Source: Salinispira sp.
Lineage (GTDB): Bacteria > Spirochaetota > Spirochaetia > DSM-27196 > Salinispiraceae
Direction of reading: 5' to 3'
Assembly: GCA_965602015.1 (NCBI GenBank)
Contig: OZ271918.1
Coordinates: forward strand, 3,424,001 to 3,488,000
DNA length: 64,000 bases
Shown in pieces: positions 47,678 through 55,636 of the stretch. The position numbers and the translations under genes were made by a program. Within the stretch, counting starts at the first letter, position 1; every line of letters begins with the position of its first letter. The notes under the pieces are model-generated. The model did not search any database. It had not been told where the DNA came from and saw nothing but the letters and a program-made list of their open reading frames with translations.

Positions 47678-48587
47678 TTACCGCTCGGAGCGGGAACGTT
47701 TGGTCGATGCGGCTGCGTCCTGTGGCAGGCCTGCCATCGTCGGCCTGGCAAAAAACGCCGGGAAGACTACAGTCCTTAATTTTCTTGTTTCCGAATTCGC
47801 CCGTCGTGGCTTGCATCCGGGCATCGCATCCATCGGTCGTGACGGCGAACACACAGACCTCATCACTCTGAAGAAAAAGCCCCTAATATTTCTGCCGCCG
47901 GGCTGTTGCTGCGTCACCGCGTCGCGCCTCGCCCCGGAGGGTTTTATTCTCTTAGAGGAGCTGGAGGGGAGGGGGGTGCTGGGCAAACCCGGTGTCTATC
48001 GAAACCCCCGGGAAGCCGCAGCTGCCGTGCAGGTTGAACTGGCGGGGGTGAACCGCATCGAAGCCATGTCCCGGGCTCTGGGGATAATGACTGCTTATGC
48101 CGGGCCCCTCCTGGTCGACGGGGCTCTGGACAGGCGAAGCCAGGGGAATCCGCTGCTCAGCGACGGTGTAATCCTTTCTACCGGCGCAACGGTGGGTAAC
48201 AGCATCGATCTGGTGTGTAAAAAAACCCTCGAGCAGCTGGACCTGATTGGCCTTAAAGAACCCGAGTTTTCGGCTTCGGTTCTCGAAGTATCCGGCGCCC
48301 TGACCGACCGCAAAGCCCTGCATATTGAAAAACGCGGTTTCACCGGATGCCTGCTGGTAAACGATTGGACAAAGATCTTTCTTACCGCGGCGGTCCGACG
48401 GCGCCTGGGGCTTCGGGGGGTGAGCATTTCGGTCCGCTACCCGGCACGCCTCATCGGACTGACCGTCAACCCTCATAATCCCCGGGGGAGAGACTTGCCG
48501 GCAGATGAGCTCAGGAGCCATCTCACAGCAGCCATTAAGAACCGGGGCTGGTCAATTCCCTGTGTGGATGTAAAGAACAGTCCGTAA
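47670..48587 (+). CDS. KamB-like accessory protein of lysine fermentation cluster
   Basis: GLAKNAGKTT, SIGRDGE, VDGALDR, ILSTGA. Confidence 0.65.
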   Translation: MDSYRSERERLVDAAASCGRPAIVGLAKNAGKTTVLNFLVSEFARRGLHPGIASIGRDGEHTDLITLKKKPLIFLPPGCCCVTASRLAPEGFILLEELEGRGVLGKPGVYRNPREAAAAVQVELAGVNRIEAMSRALGIMTAYAGPLLVDGALDRRSQGNPLLSDGVILSTGATVGNSIDLVCKKTLEQLDLIGLKEPEFSASVLEVSGALTDRKALHIEKRGFTGCLLVNDWTKIFLTAAVRRRLGLRGVSISVRYPARLIGLTVNPHNPRGRDLPADELRSHLTAAIKNRGWSIPCVDVKNSP

Positions 48588-48597
48588 GAGTCTGGGC

Positions 48598-48632
48598 AAA
48601 AAAAACACCCCGGCGGAGAGCGCCGGAGTGTC
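48598..48632 (-). terminator. Intrinsic terminator between convergent genes
   Basis: acaccccggcg/cgccggagtgt stem with a T-run on the minus strand. Confidence 0.6.
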
Positions 48633-48683
48633 GAACTTTGTTACATTTCCCCTTCCCGCGGAGAGCGGGCTGGATGAAATAGC

Positions 48684-49451
48684 TTACTTGAGCTGGGCTT
48701 CTGCCATGAGAATAAGCGAGAAGTAGTCGCGGAAGTCGGAAGCGGTTGCGCCGGTTACAGCATCTGCAACTGCCCAGAAGTTGTCGCCCTGCCGTACCAT
48801 TTCGTCGAAGGAGAAGGCTACGCCGCTTTCTTCAGCGAAGGTTTCAATGGCTTCCATGTTGCCCTTCCAGCCGATTCCGAAGTTCCAGTACTCAGAGTCG
48901 AGCTTGGTCAGACCGCCGTAGCTGGTGCCGGTAACGGTAGTTGCCGCACCGCCGAATTCGGTGAAGGTCTTAAAGCTGCCTGCGGCGATGTTGTCATAAT
49001 ATGCCGCCATGGTTCCCTGGTTGCGAAGAATCAGTTTTTCCAGACTCTTGCTTCCGGCGGGCATGCCGTTTTCATCGGCTGCAACATAGGCGAGAGCGGT
49101 GCCGACGGTGGTTCCCACATACACGGTGCCGTCATATTCAACGAATTTCGCAACGCGAACTTCATCGCCGCGCTGAACATAGAAAACGGTGTTTTCTTCT
49201 GTCCACTCATCGGCTTCGATGTCTACGATAGCGAGGGTGTGGGGAAGAAAGGCTTCATCGAGGGTTACGTCCATGTTGCCTTCGGCATCGGTGGTAATTG
49301 CTGCCTGGCCGACATAGCCGCCGTGGCTGTATAGATAGGCCTCAACGCTCTGATTGGGTGCGTAGCCCTCGGCTGCCGGAGCATTGCCGCCGCAACTGAT
49401 CAATGTGAAAAGTACGAGAGCCGCGACGAGCGCGGTGATAGCATTTCGCAT
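48684..49451 (-). CDS. Lipoprotein with putative FMN-attachment motif
   Basis: LISC lipobox; C-terminal DAVTGAT. Confidence 0.65.
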   Translation of the reverse strand: MRNAITALVAALVLFTLISCGGNAPAAEGYAPNQSVEAYLYSHGGYVGQAAITTDAEGNMDVTLDEAFLPHTLAIVDIEADEWTEENTVFYVQRGDEVRVAKFVEYDGTVYVGTTVGTALAYVAADENGMPAGSKSLEKLILRNQGTMAAYYDNIAAGSFKTFTEFGGAATTVTGTSYGGLTKLDSEYWNFGIGWKGNMEAIETFAEESGVAFSFDEMVRQGDNFWAVADAVTGATASDFRDYFSLILMAEAQLK

Positions 49452-49729
49452 CAGGATTCTCCTAATGATTTCTGGTTTTCGATAAGGATTATCGATGGCT
49501 AAAATGATATATCCATCAGTTTAAGTTGTCAATGAGCTTTTAATATGATTATTAATCTTTTTAATGTGAATAAATCACAAAAAAGCATACTCATTAGGAC
49601 TGCCATCTCACGGCGGGTCAAGTCGCCGGCCTGTTTTTTTTATCATCCTGCTGATATTATGGCCGCGCTTCTGTATTATCCTGCAAAGATAGGATAGTAT
49701 CCTGATAAAGTAAAAATGGGGTAGTCACT

Positions 49730-50497
49730 ATGAAAAAAACTGCAATACTGTTGTGCATGCTGGTTCTCGCCGGGATATCCCAACTGGTCGGCCAGTCCGG
49801 CGAGCAGGAAAGCCCCGGTGCCCGGCTTTCAATTATTCGAAGCAAGGCTTCCAGCGGAGATCCCCTGTTGAAGCTCGAAGCCCTGAAATGGGTTGACCGG
49901 ATGATCAACGAGAACAGCATGGGCGGAATCGAATCCGAAGTCGTCAATATCGTTGCCAACCTCGGCCTTGAACCCTTCCTCAGCACCCAGAGAAGCGGCA
50001 TATCACCGATAATCGTGAATGACCATCCGCTGGTCCGGCGGGAAGCCGCAGTTGTTCTCGGGCGCATCGGCGGCGCTGGTTCCGTACGAGCCCTGGTGGA
50101 TATGGTTCATCATGAGGAAGATTTGGACGTACTAAAGAACATCATGTACGCCTTCGGAAATATCGGCGAGAATCCCGGTCAACGGGTAACCGAGGCAATC
50201 GGACGCCGGATTTATCGGGTTAACGCCACGGGAAGCATCGATGATGAGCTGGCGTACGCAACCCTCTACGCAATCGAACAGATCAGCATACTGGAAGGCG
50301 GTATTGAGGATCCTTCGGTCTACGATACCCTGGCGATCCTCTCCGACGAGCGCTTTGCCAATGTGGTGACCGAGAAAGCCCTCAATGTCATCGAGCTGCT
50401 GTGGGAGGCGGACAACGGCGAAAACCGCGGCGTTCAGGGTCCTATGGTAATACCCGATGACCCGGAAGGCCGGCCTGAGGATGATCAGAGTATCTGA
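49730..50497 (+). CDS. Exported HEAT-repeat protein
   Basis: Signal peptide; VRREAAVVLGRIG, AFGNIG. Confidence 0.75.
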   Translation: MKKTAILLCMLVLAGISQLVGQSGEQESPGARLSIIRSKASSGDPLLKLEALKWVDRMINENSMGGIESEVVNIVANLGLEPFLSTQRSGISPIIVNDHPLVRREAAVVLGRIGGAGSVRALVDMVHHEEDLDVLKNIMYAFGNIGENPGQRVTEAIGRRIYRVNATGSIDDELAYATLYAIEQISILEGGIEDPSVYDTLAILSDERFANVVTEKALNVIELLWEADNGENRGVQGPMVIPDDPEGRPEDDQSI

Positions 50498-50512
50498 TCG
50501 GACGCAGGGCGG

Positions 50513-50929
50513 TCAGTCGAGCCGCAGGGCATCCAGTTCTGCATCGCTGAGTTTCCGTTTTGATCCGGGGCTTCGGCCCCGGGCGGGCGACCAGTCCCCC
50601 CGGGCCTGATGCAATAGGCGGATGCTCTGATCCATGCTATCCGATAGGGCAAACATTCCGCAGGTTTCAAGTCTTTTTCGAAGGTCGTTGGCTGGCCGAA
50701 GGAAGATTTCCTTTCCGTTGCAGTTGGTGATATCCAGGTGAAAGTTTATCAACTCATTCAGAAACCATTGGATGTCCGGTAAAGACCGGCTGCAATCGAC
50801 CACAGCGAACGGGTCGTTAAAGAGACAGAAATCCGAAAGAGGTCCGTCACCTGTTTTTTCCAAAGCGATAACGCTGACCAACGATGAAGGCCGATCAACT
50901 ATGCGGTAAAACAGCTCCTTCATCACCAA
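50513..50929 (-). CDS. Hypothetical protein (STAS-like)
   Basis: 138 aa ORF; weak resemblance only. Confidence 0.45.
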   Translation of the reverse strand: MVMKELFYRIVDRPSSLVSVIALEKTGDGPLSDFCLFNDPFAVVDCSRSLPDIQWFLNELINFHLDITNCNGKEIFLRPANDLRKRLETCGMFALSDSMDQSIRLLHQARGDWSPARGRSPGSKRKLSDAELDALRLD

Positions 50930-51009
50930 TACCCCCGGAAAAAAACCTCACACAACAGCGAAATTCTGATATACAGTATTTATATAAAATATAGCCGAGG
51001 AAATATAGC

Positions 51010-51153
51010 ATGACCTATTACAAAATGAACGGGGCGAAATTCGAATCCCTGGAAGACCTCATTGAAAGCCTGTGGCCCATCTACGAGGACCGGATGAGCC
51101 GGGAAGATTTCGAAGCCTATGCCAAAGACAACGCCGAAGTAATTGAAGAGTAA
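51010..51153 (+). CDS. Small acidic protein, 47 aa (below ORF-track cutoff)
   Basis: GAGG RBS; MTYYKMNGAKFESLEDLIESLWPIYEDRMSREDFEAYAKDNAEVIEE*. Confidence 0.65.
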   Translation: MTYYKMNGAKFESLEDLIESLWPIYEDRMSREDFEAYAKDNAEVIEE

Positions 51154-51168
51154 GCTCAATCAAATATC

Positions 51169-51372
51169 ATGGAAGACCGCATAATCAAACTTGAAACAAA
51201 GGTCGCCTATCTCGAACACAGTATTTCAGAACTCAGCGATGTCATGGCTGAGCAGAACCAATCGGTGACTGATCTTCAGAAAAAGCTCGAGGTTTTGATC
51301 GGGATGTACCGCCGGCTCAAAGAAGACGGGGAAGGCGGCGAGATGCCTCATGAAAGACCGCCCCACTACTAA
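51169..51372 (+). CDS. slyX: SlyX family protein
   Basis: RIIKLETKVAYLE..ERPPHY. Confidence 0.9.
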   Translation: MEDRIIKLETKVAYLEHSISELSDVMAEQNQSVTDLQKKLEVLIGMYRRLKEDGEGGEMPHERPPHY

Positions 51373-51415
51373 TGCGCCCTTGCCAAAGCATCCGGCTAGG
51401 GGTACAACTACAACA

Positions 51416-51574
51416 AGGCTCTAACGGAAAGCGGTGAGAATCCGCTGCGGACGCGCCACTGTAACCGGATACCGGAAAATCGTTTTGCCACTGGGACACT
51501 GGGAAGGCTGATTTTCCACAACGGCATCGCATCTAATGCTGCGCCACGGACCGGAAGCCAGGAGACGGGAGCCT
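51416..51574 (+). ncRNA. Cobalamin riboswitch
   Basis: GGAAAGCGGTGAGAATCCGC..GCCACTGT, GCCACTG..GGGAAGGC, AAGCCAGGAGAC B12 box; upstream TTGCCA-17-TACAAC promoter. Confidence 0.9.
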
Positions 51575-51619
51575 CCGTACATCAATACCCTGTACGCGTA
51601 CATTATACAGGAGTAGCCC

Positions 51620-52633
51620 ATGAACAGGAAATTCAGGGTAATTCTCTTACTGTCATTATCACTTCTTATCAGCGTCTCTCTTTTTGCCGGGGGACAGAGC
51701 GAACCAAATGCGGCGGCCGAAGGGCCTGCAGCAGAGCAAACCGTCGGGGAATCAGTACAATTCCCCATGACGGTCACCGACGGCCTCGGGAATGAAATGG
51801 TCATTGAACGCCTCCCCGAGCGCATTGCGAGCTTGACACTGTTCAGCGATGAGGTTCTCTTTGAGCTCGTCGGTCCCGAGCGGCTGGCTGCAGTTACCTT
51901 CCTGGCAAGCGATCCGGTGTACTCGAATATCGCCGATCAGGCAGATGTGTTTTCCGTCCAGCTCGACCTTAACGTCGAGGCCCTTATCGACATTTTTCCC
52001 GACATCATTTTCACTGCCGACTGGAGCGATGCGGCAAAGGTCGAACAACTGCGCCAGGCGGGCCTTACAGTCTATGCCTTGAGCACGCCTTTTACCATTG
52101 AAGGCATTCAGCGGGAGATTCTTCAGCTGGGAACCATCGTCGGAGCGGAGGATGAGGCCCGGAATCTCATCGATGAAATGAACCGCAGCCTGGACGACCT
52201 TCGGGAGACCGTCGACGGAGCAATCAGCGCGGGAACCGTCGGGACCCGGCGGGTAATGGATTACAGCACCTGGGGCAGCGCAAGCGGAGTCGATACCACC
52301 TTTCAGGCCATGCTTGATGCCGCCGGAGCGGTGAATGCGGTGGCGGAACTCGAAGCCGGCGACTTCGGGCAGGTTCCGGTGTCCAAGGAAGTACTCGTCG
52401 AGCAAAACCCCGACGTCCTGGTTCTTCCGGGGTTTATCTGGGGAGACCCCGACGGCGCTGAGAATTTCCTCGAGGAGACCACCGGTGATCCGGCGCTTGC
52501 CGGCGTTGCCGCTGTGGTGGAAGGCAGGACCTTCCTCATGCCCGAACATCTCAAATCGACCTACAGTCAGTACATCGTGGACGGGATCTACTTCCTCGCC
52601 GAAAACGTCTATCCCGAAGCCTTTGCGGAGTAG
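51620..52633 (+). CDS. btuF: Cobalamin ABC transporter substrate-binding protein
   Basis: FPMTVTDGLG..PERIASL; downstream of B12 riboswitch. Confidence 0.8.
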   Translation: MNRKFRVILLLSLSLLISVSLFAGGQSEPNAAAEGPAAEQTVGESVQFPMTVTDGLGNEMVIERLPERIASLTLFSDEVLFELVGPERLAAVTFLASDPVYSNIADQADVFSVQLDLNVEALIDIFPDIIFTADWSDAAKVEQLRQAGLTVYALSTPFTIEGIQREILQLGTIVGAEDEARNLIDEMNRSLDDLRETVDGAISAGTVGTRRVMDYSTWGSASGVDTTFQAMLDAAGAVNAVAELEAGDFGQVPVSKEVLVEQNPDVLVLPGFIWGDPDGAENFLEETTGDPALAGVAAVVEGRTFLMPEHLKSTYSQYIVDGIYFLAENVYPEAFAE

Positions 52634-52636
52634 AGC

Positions 52637-53668
52637 TTGATCCGGTCTTCTCAATTTCCGCTGATAATGACCATTCTGTTTGTTGCGGCGGGAATCGTTC
52701 TTTTATTATCTGTCGCCCTGGGGGCCGTGTCCCTTCCCCCGGGGCAGATTATTTCTGTCTTCCTCCAAAAAATCACCGGCGAGGCGGACCCGGCCCTGCG
52801 TCGGGTTGAAGCCATAGCCTGGTATATCCGCCTGCCCAGGACGCTTGCGGCGTTTTTCGCCGGTACGGCCCTGGCGCTGAGCGGCGCGGCGGTTCAGGGA
52901 GTGTTTCGCAATCCCATGGCAAGCCCGGATATTCTCGGTATTTCCGCCGGCAGCAGCTTTGGTGCCGTTACGGCGATTACCCTGGGTGTGGCAATGCGCA
53001 ACTCGCTGAACCTGCCGGCATTCGCCTTCGCCGGGGCCCTGGGTGCCGCGGCCTTTGTCTACCTCATTGGGTCTGACCGGGGGCGCAGCCACCTCCTGTT
53101 TGTCATTTTGGCGGGCCTGGCGGTCAGCAGCTTTCTCAACGGACTGGTTTCAGCCCTGCTCCTTTTTTCCGAACGCTATGAGATGTCGCTGTTCCTGTTC
53201 TGGACCATGGGGGGCGTGGAAGGCGCACGGTTCGATGCCCTTTTGGTTCCCCTTCCGGTTATACTTATCGGGTCGTTCCTGCTTTTGCGGATGGGTCGGC
53301 CGCTTAATCTTCTCGCCCTGGGCGACGAGCAGGCCCACAGTCTCGGGCTGCCGGTTCAGCGGAGCAAACTGGCCGTGTTGGCGTTGGCTTCTCTGCTTAC
53401 CGCAATGGCCATTGCCCTGGCGGGGCCTGTGGGCTTTGTCGGGCTCATGATCCCCCATCTTGTGCGCATACTCATCGGATCCAATCACATCCGGCTCTTG
53501 CCGGCGTCGGCCCTCGCGGGGGGCATTTTCCTGACATTCAGCGATATTATCGGACGGATTATTCTGCCGCCCTATGAAATCAAAACCGGTATAATTACGG
53601 CGCTTATCGGCGGTCCGTATTTTATTTTCCTGATCATCCGCTATCAGCGGAAGGGACGTCTGATTTGA
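52637..53668 (+). CDS. btuC: Cobalamin ABC permease (FecCD family)
   Basis: IRLPR, RNPMASPDILGIS, GFVGLMIPH. Confidence 0.82.
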   Translation: MIRSSQFPLIMTILFVAAGIVLLLSVALGAVSLPPGQIISVFLQKITGEADPALRRVEAIAWYIRLPRTLAAFFAGTALALSGAAVQGVFRNPMASPDILGISAGSSFGAVTAITLGVAMRNSLNLPAFAFAGALGAAAFVYLIGSDRGRSHLLFVILAGLAVSSFLNGLVSALLLFSERYEMSLFLFWTMGGVEGARFDALLVPLPVILIGSFLLLRMGRPLNLLALGDEQAHSLGLPVQRSKLAVLALASLLTAMAIALAGPVGFVGLMIPHLVRILIGSNHIRLLPASALAGGIFLTFSDIIGRIILPPYEIKTGIITALIGGPYFIFLIIRYQRKGRLI

Positions 53669-54906
53669 GCGGAGCTGAGTACCTTATTGAAACCCGCAAT
53701 CTTCGCTGCAGTCTCCAGGGAAACGAAATCCTCCGGGGAGTCGACCTGCGCTTGGGCGAAGGAGAGGTTTTAGGCCTCATCGGGCCGAACGGTGCGGGCA
53801 AAAGTACCCTGCTCAAGGCGTTGATGGGCTACTATCCCTCAGAGGGTTCGATTACCCTTTCCGGAACGCCCCTCGGGAATCTCAGCGGCGAGGGCAGGGC
53901 GCAGTTATTGTCCTATGTCTCGCAGCAGGGCCCTGATCAGCTTTCGTTCAGCGCCCTGGAAGTGGTGGAAATGGGCGCCTACGGACAGGGCGGACTGTTC
54001 GGCCGATCGAGATACGATGATTGTGAACAGGCCCTCCGCAGTCTGGAATACGTGGGCATGGGAGCCTTCGCCGATCGGGATTTTTCTACCCTCTCGGGAG
54101 GCGAACGCCAGCTGGTTCTGTTCGCCCGGGTCCTGCTGCAGGATGCTCCGGTCCTTCTCCTCGACGAACCGACGGCAAACCTCGATATCGGCCATGAACA
54201 GGCCGTGCTGGAAATGGTGGATGAGCTGCGAGGCGAGGGCAAATCGACGGTAATTGCAATACACAATCTCAACCTGGCTGCGGAATACTGCGACCGGCTT
54301 ATCCTTCTGGAAGCCGGAAGGGTTAAGGAGTCGGGACCTCCGGAAGACGTTCTTACACCGGAAAATATCCGCGATGCATACGGCAGAGAGGTTCATATTG
54401 ACCGGAATCAGGCAAGCGGAAGCCTCACGGTAACTCCCATACGAAAGTTTCCCGCAGGAGGCGCAAAGCGCATTCATATTATCGGCGGGGCCGGAAGCGG
54501 CGTGAATCTCACCAGGCTGCTGCTCAGGCAGGGCTATGAGGTAAGCGGCGGAGTTGCCCATCGTCTGGACTCCGATGCCCGGCTGTGGCAGAGTCTTTCC
54601 ATTGAATCGGTGGTTGTCGATGCCTTCGATGAAATTGACGATGCGTCCTATGCCAGGGCTGCAGATCTTGCCGGTCGGGCGGATTACGTCATACTGGCGG
54701 CCTTTCCCGTCGGCAGCGGCAATCGCAGGAATCTGGAATTGGCCGCATCCTTTGCAGACAGGCTGATCATTCTCGATGACCATACGCGCAGTTTTTACGG
54801 CGATGGTCTTCAATCCCTTTTTGAATCCATTCGGCCGTGGGGACGGGTGTTCCGCAGCTCTGAAGTTCTGGATTTACTGGGCGGCGTCTCCCCGAAGGGC
54901 GGATGA
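53665..54906 (+). CDS. btuD: Cobalamin ABC ATPase with C-terminal extension
   Basis: GPNGAGKS, LSGGE, LLDEPT; extra HIIGGAGSG domain. Confidence 0.8.
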   Translation: MSGAEYLIETRNLRCSLQGNEILRGVDLRLGEGEVLGLIGPNGAGKSTLLKALMGYYPSEGSITLSGTPLGNLSGEGRAQLLSYVSQQGPDQLSFSALEVVEMGAYGQGGLFGRSRYDDCEQALRSLEYVGMGAFADRDFSTLSGGERQLVLFARVLLQDAPVLLLDEPTANLDIGHEQAVLEMVDELRGEGKSTVIAIHNLNLAAEYCDRLILLEAGRVKESGPPEDVLTPENIRDAYGREVHIDRNQASGSLTVTPIRKFPAGGAKRIHIIGGAGSGVNLTRLLLRQGYEVSGGVAHRLDSDARLWQSLSIESVVVDAFDEIDDASYARAADLAGRADYVILAAFPVGSGNRRNLELAASFADRLIILDDHTRSFYGDGLQSLFESIRPWGRVFRSSEVLDLLGGVSPKGG

Positions 54907-55509
54907 GTCCCGCAAATCTTCAATCAAGGTCCTGATTGCCGCTTCCAGCCCCGCGGCCATCATGTGCACACTCATAAACGGCACGTGGGCGGACTTTTCT
55001 GCCGCCTGACTGCTGCTGTAAGGCAGATGAATGAAGCCCGAGGCCAAGCCGCCATGGATATGCCGCAGATGATAAAAAACCGAGTTGCAGACGAAGGTGC
55101 CTGCGCTGTAACTCAGATGCGCCGGAATACCCTTGGCGCGGATCGCCTCCTCCATTGCTCTCAACGGCAGGTTAGAAAAGTAGGCCTCAGGTCCCGTTGG
55201 ATACATCGCCGCATCCCGGGGTTGATTCCCCGCATTGTCGGGAATGCGGGCGTCCTGAATATTTATCGCCACCCGTTCAAGACTGATCTTCCCCCTGCCC
55301 TCGGCCTGACCGGTGCAGATTACCGCGTCGGGCCCAATCTCACTGATTGCGGCGTCGAGCACTTCTATGCTCCGCAGAAATTCCGTCGGGATAGTTCGTT
55401 TTTCGATCCGTTCGCCGGAAATCTCCCCCGGAAGAAGTGAAACGGCGGCAGAGCTGGGGTTTTCGCTTTCACCCCCGAAGGGATCGAAGCCGGTAATCAG
55501 AATTGTCAT
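54874..55509 (-). CDS. pcp: Pyroglutamyl-peptidase I
   Basis: ILITGFDPFG..NPS, ERVAIN, SAGTFVCN, GFIHLP. Confidence 0.93.
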   Translation of the reverse strand: MTILITGFDPFGGESENPSSAAVSLLPGEISGERIEKRTIPTEFLRSIEVLDAAISEIGPDAVICTGQAEGRGKISLERVAINIQDARIPDNAGNQPRDAAMYPTGPEAYFSNLPLRAMEEAIRAKGIPAHLSYSAGTFVCNSVFYHLRHIHGGLASGFIHLPYSSSQAAEKSAHVPFMSVHMMAAGLEAAIRTLIEDLRDSSALRGDAAQ

Positions 55510-55636
55510 GACGATTCTCCGGATATGCCAAAGGAAGTTGTCCCCAGCATAGCACCCCAATCCCGCCGTTAGCAATGTTCAGCCTTCAGGATGTGAACTC
55601 TTGTGCCCGGTTTACCGGGGGCATATACTCGATTAT

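Noticed and set aside
49565..49579. CRP/Rex site
   Set aside because: Spacer is 5 nt rather than 6, so it was not assigned to a regulator.
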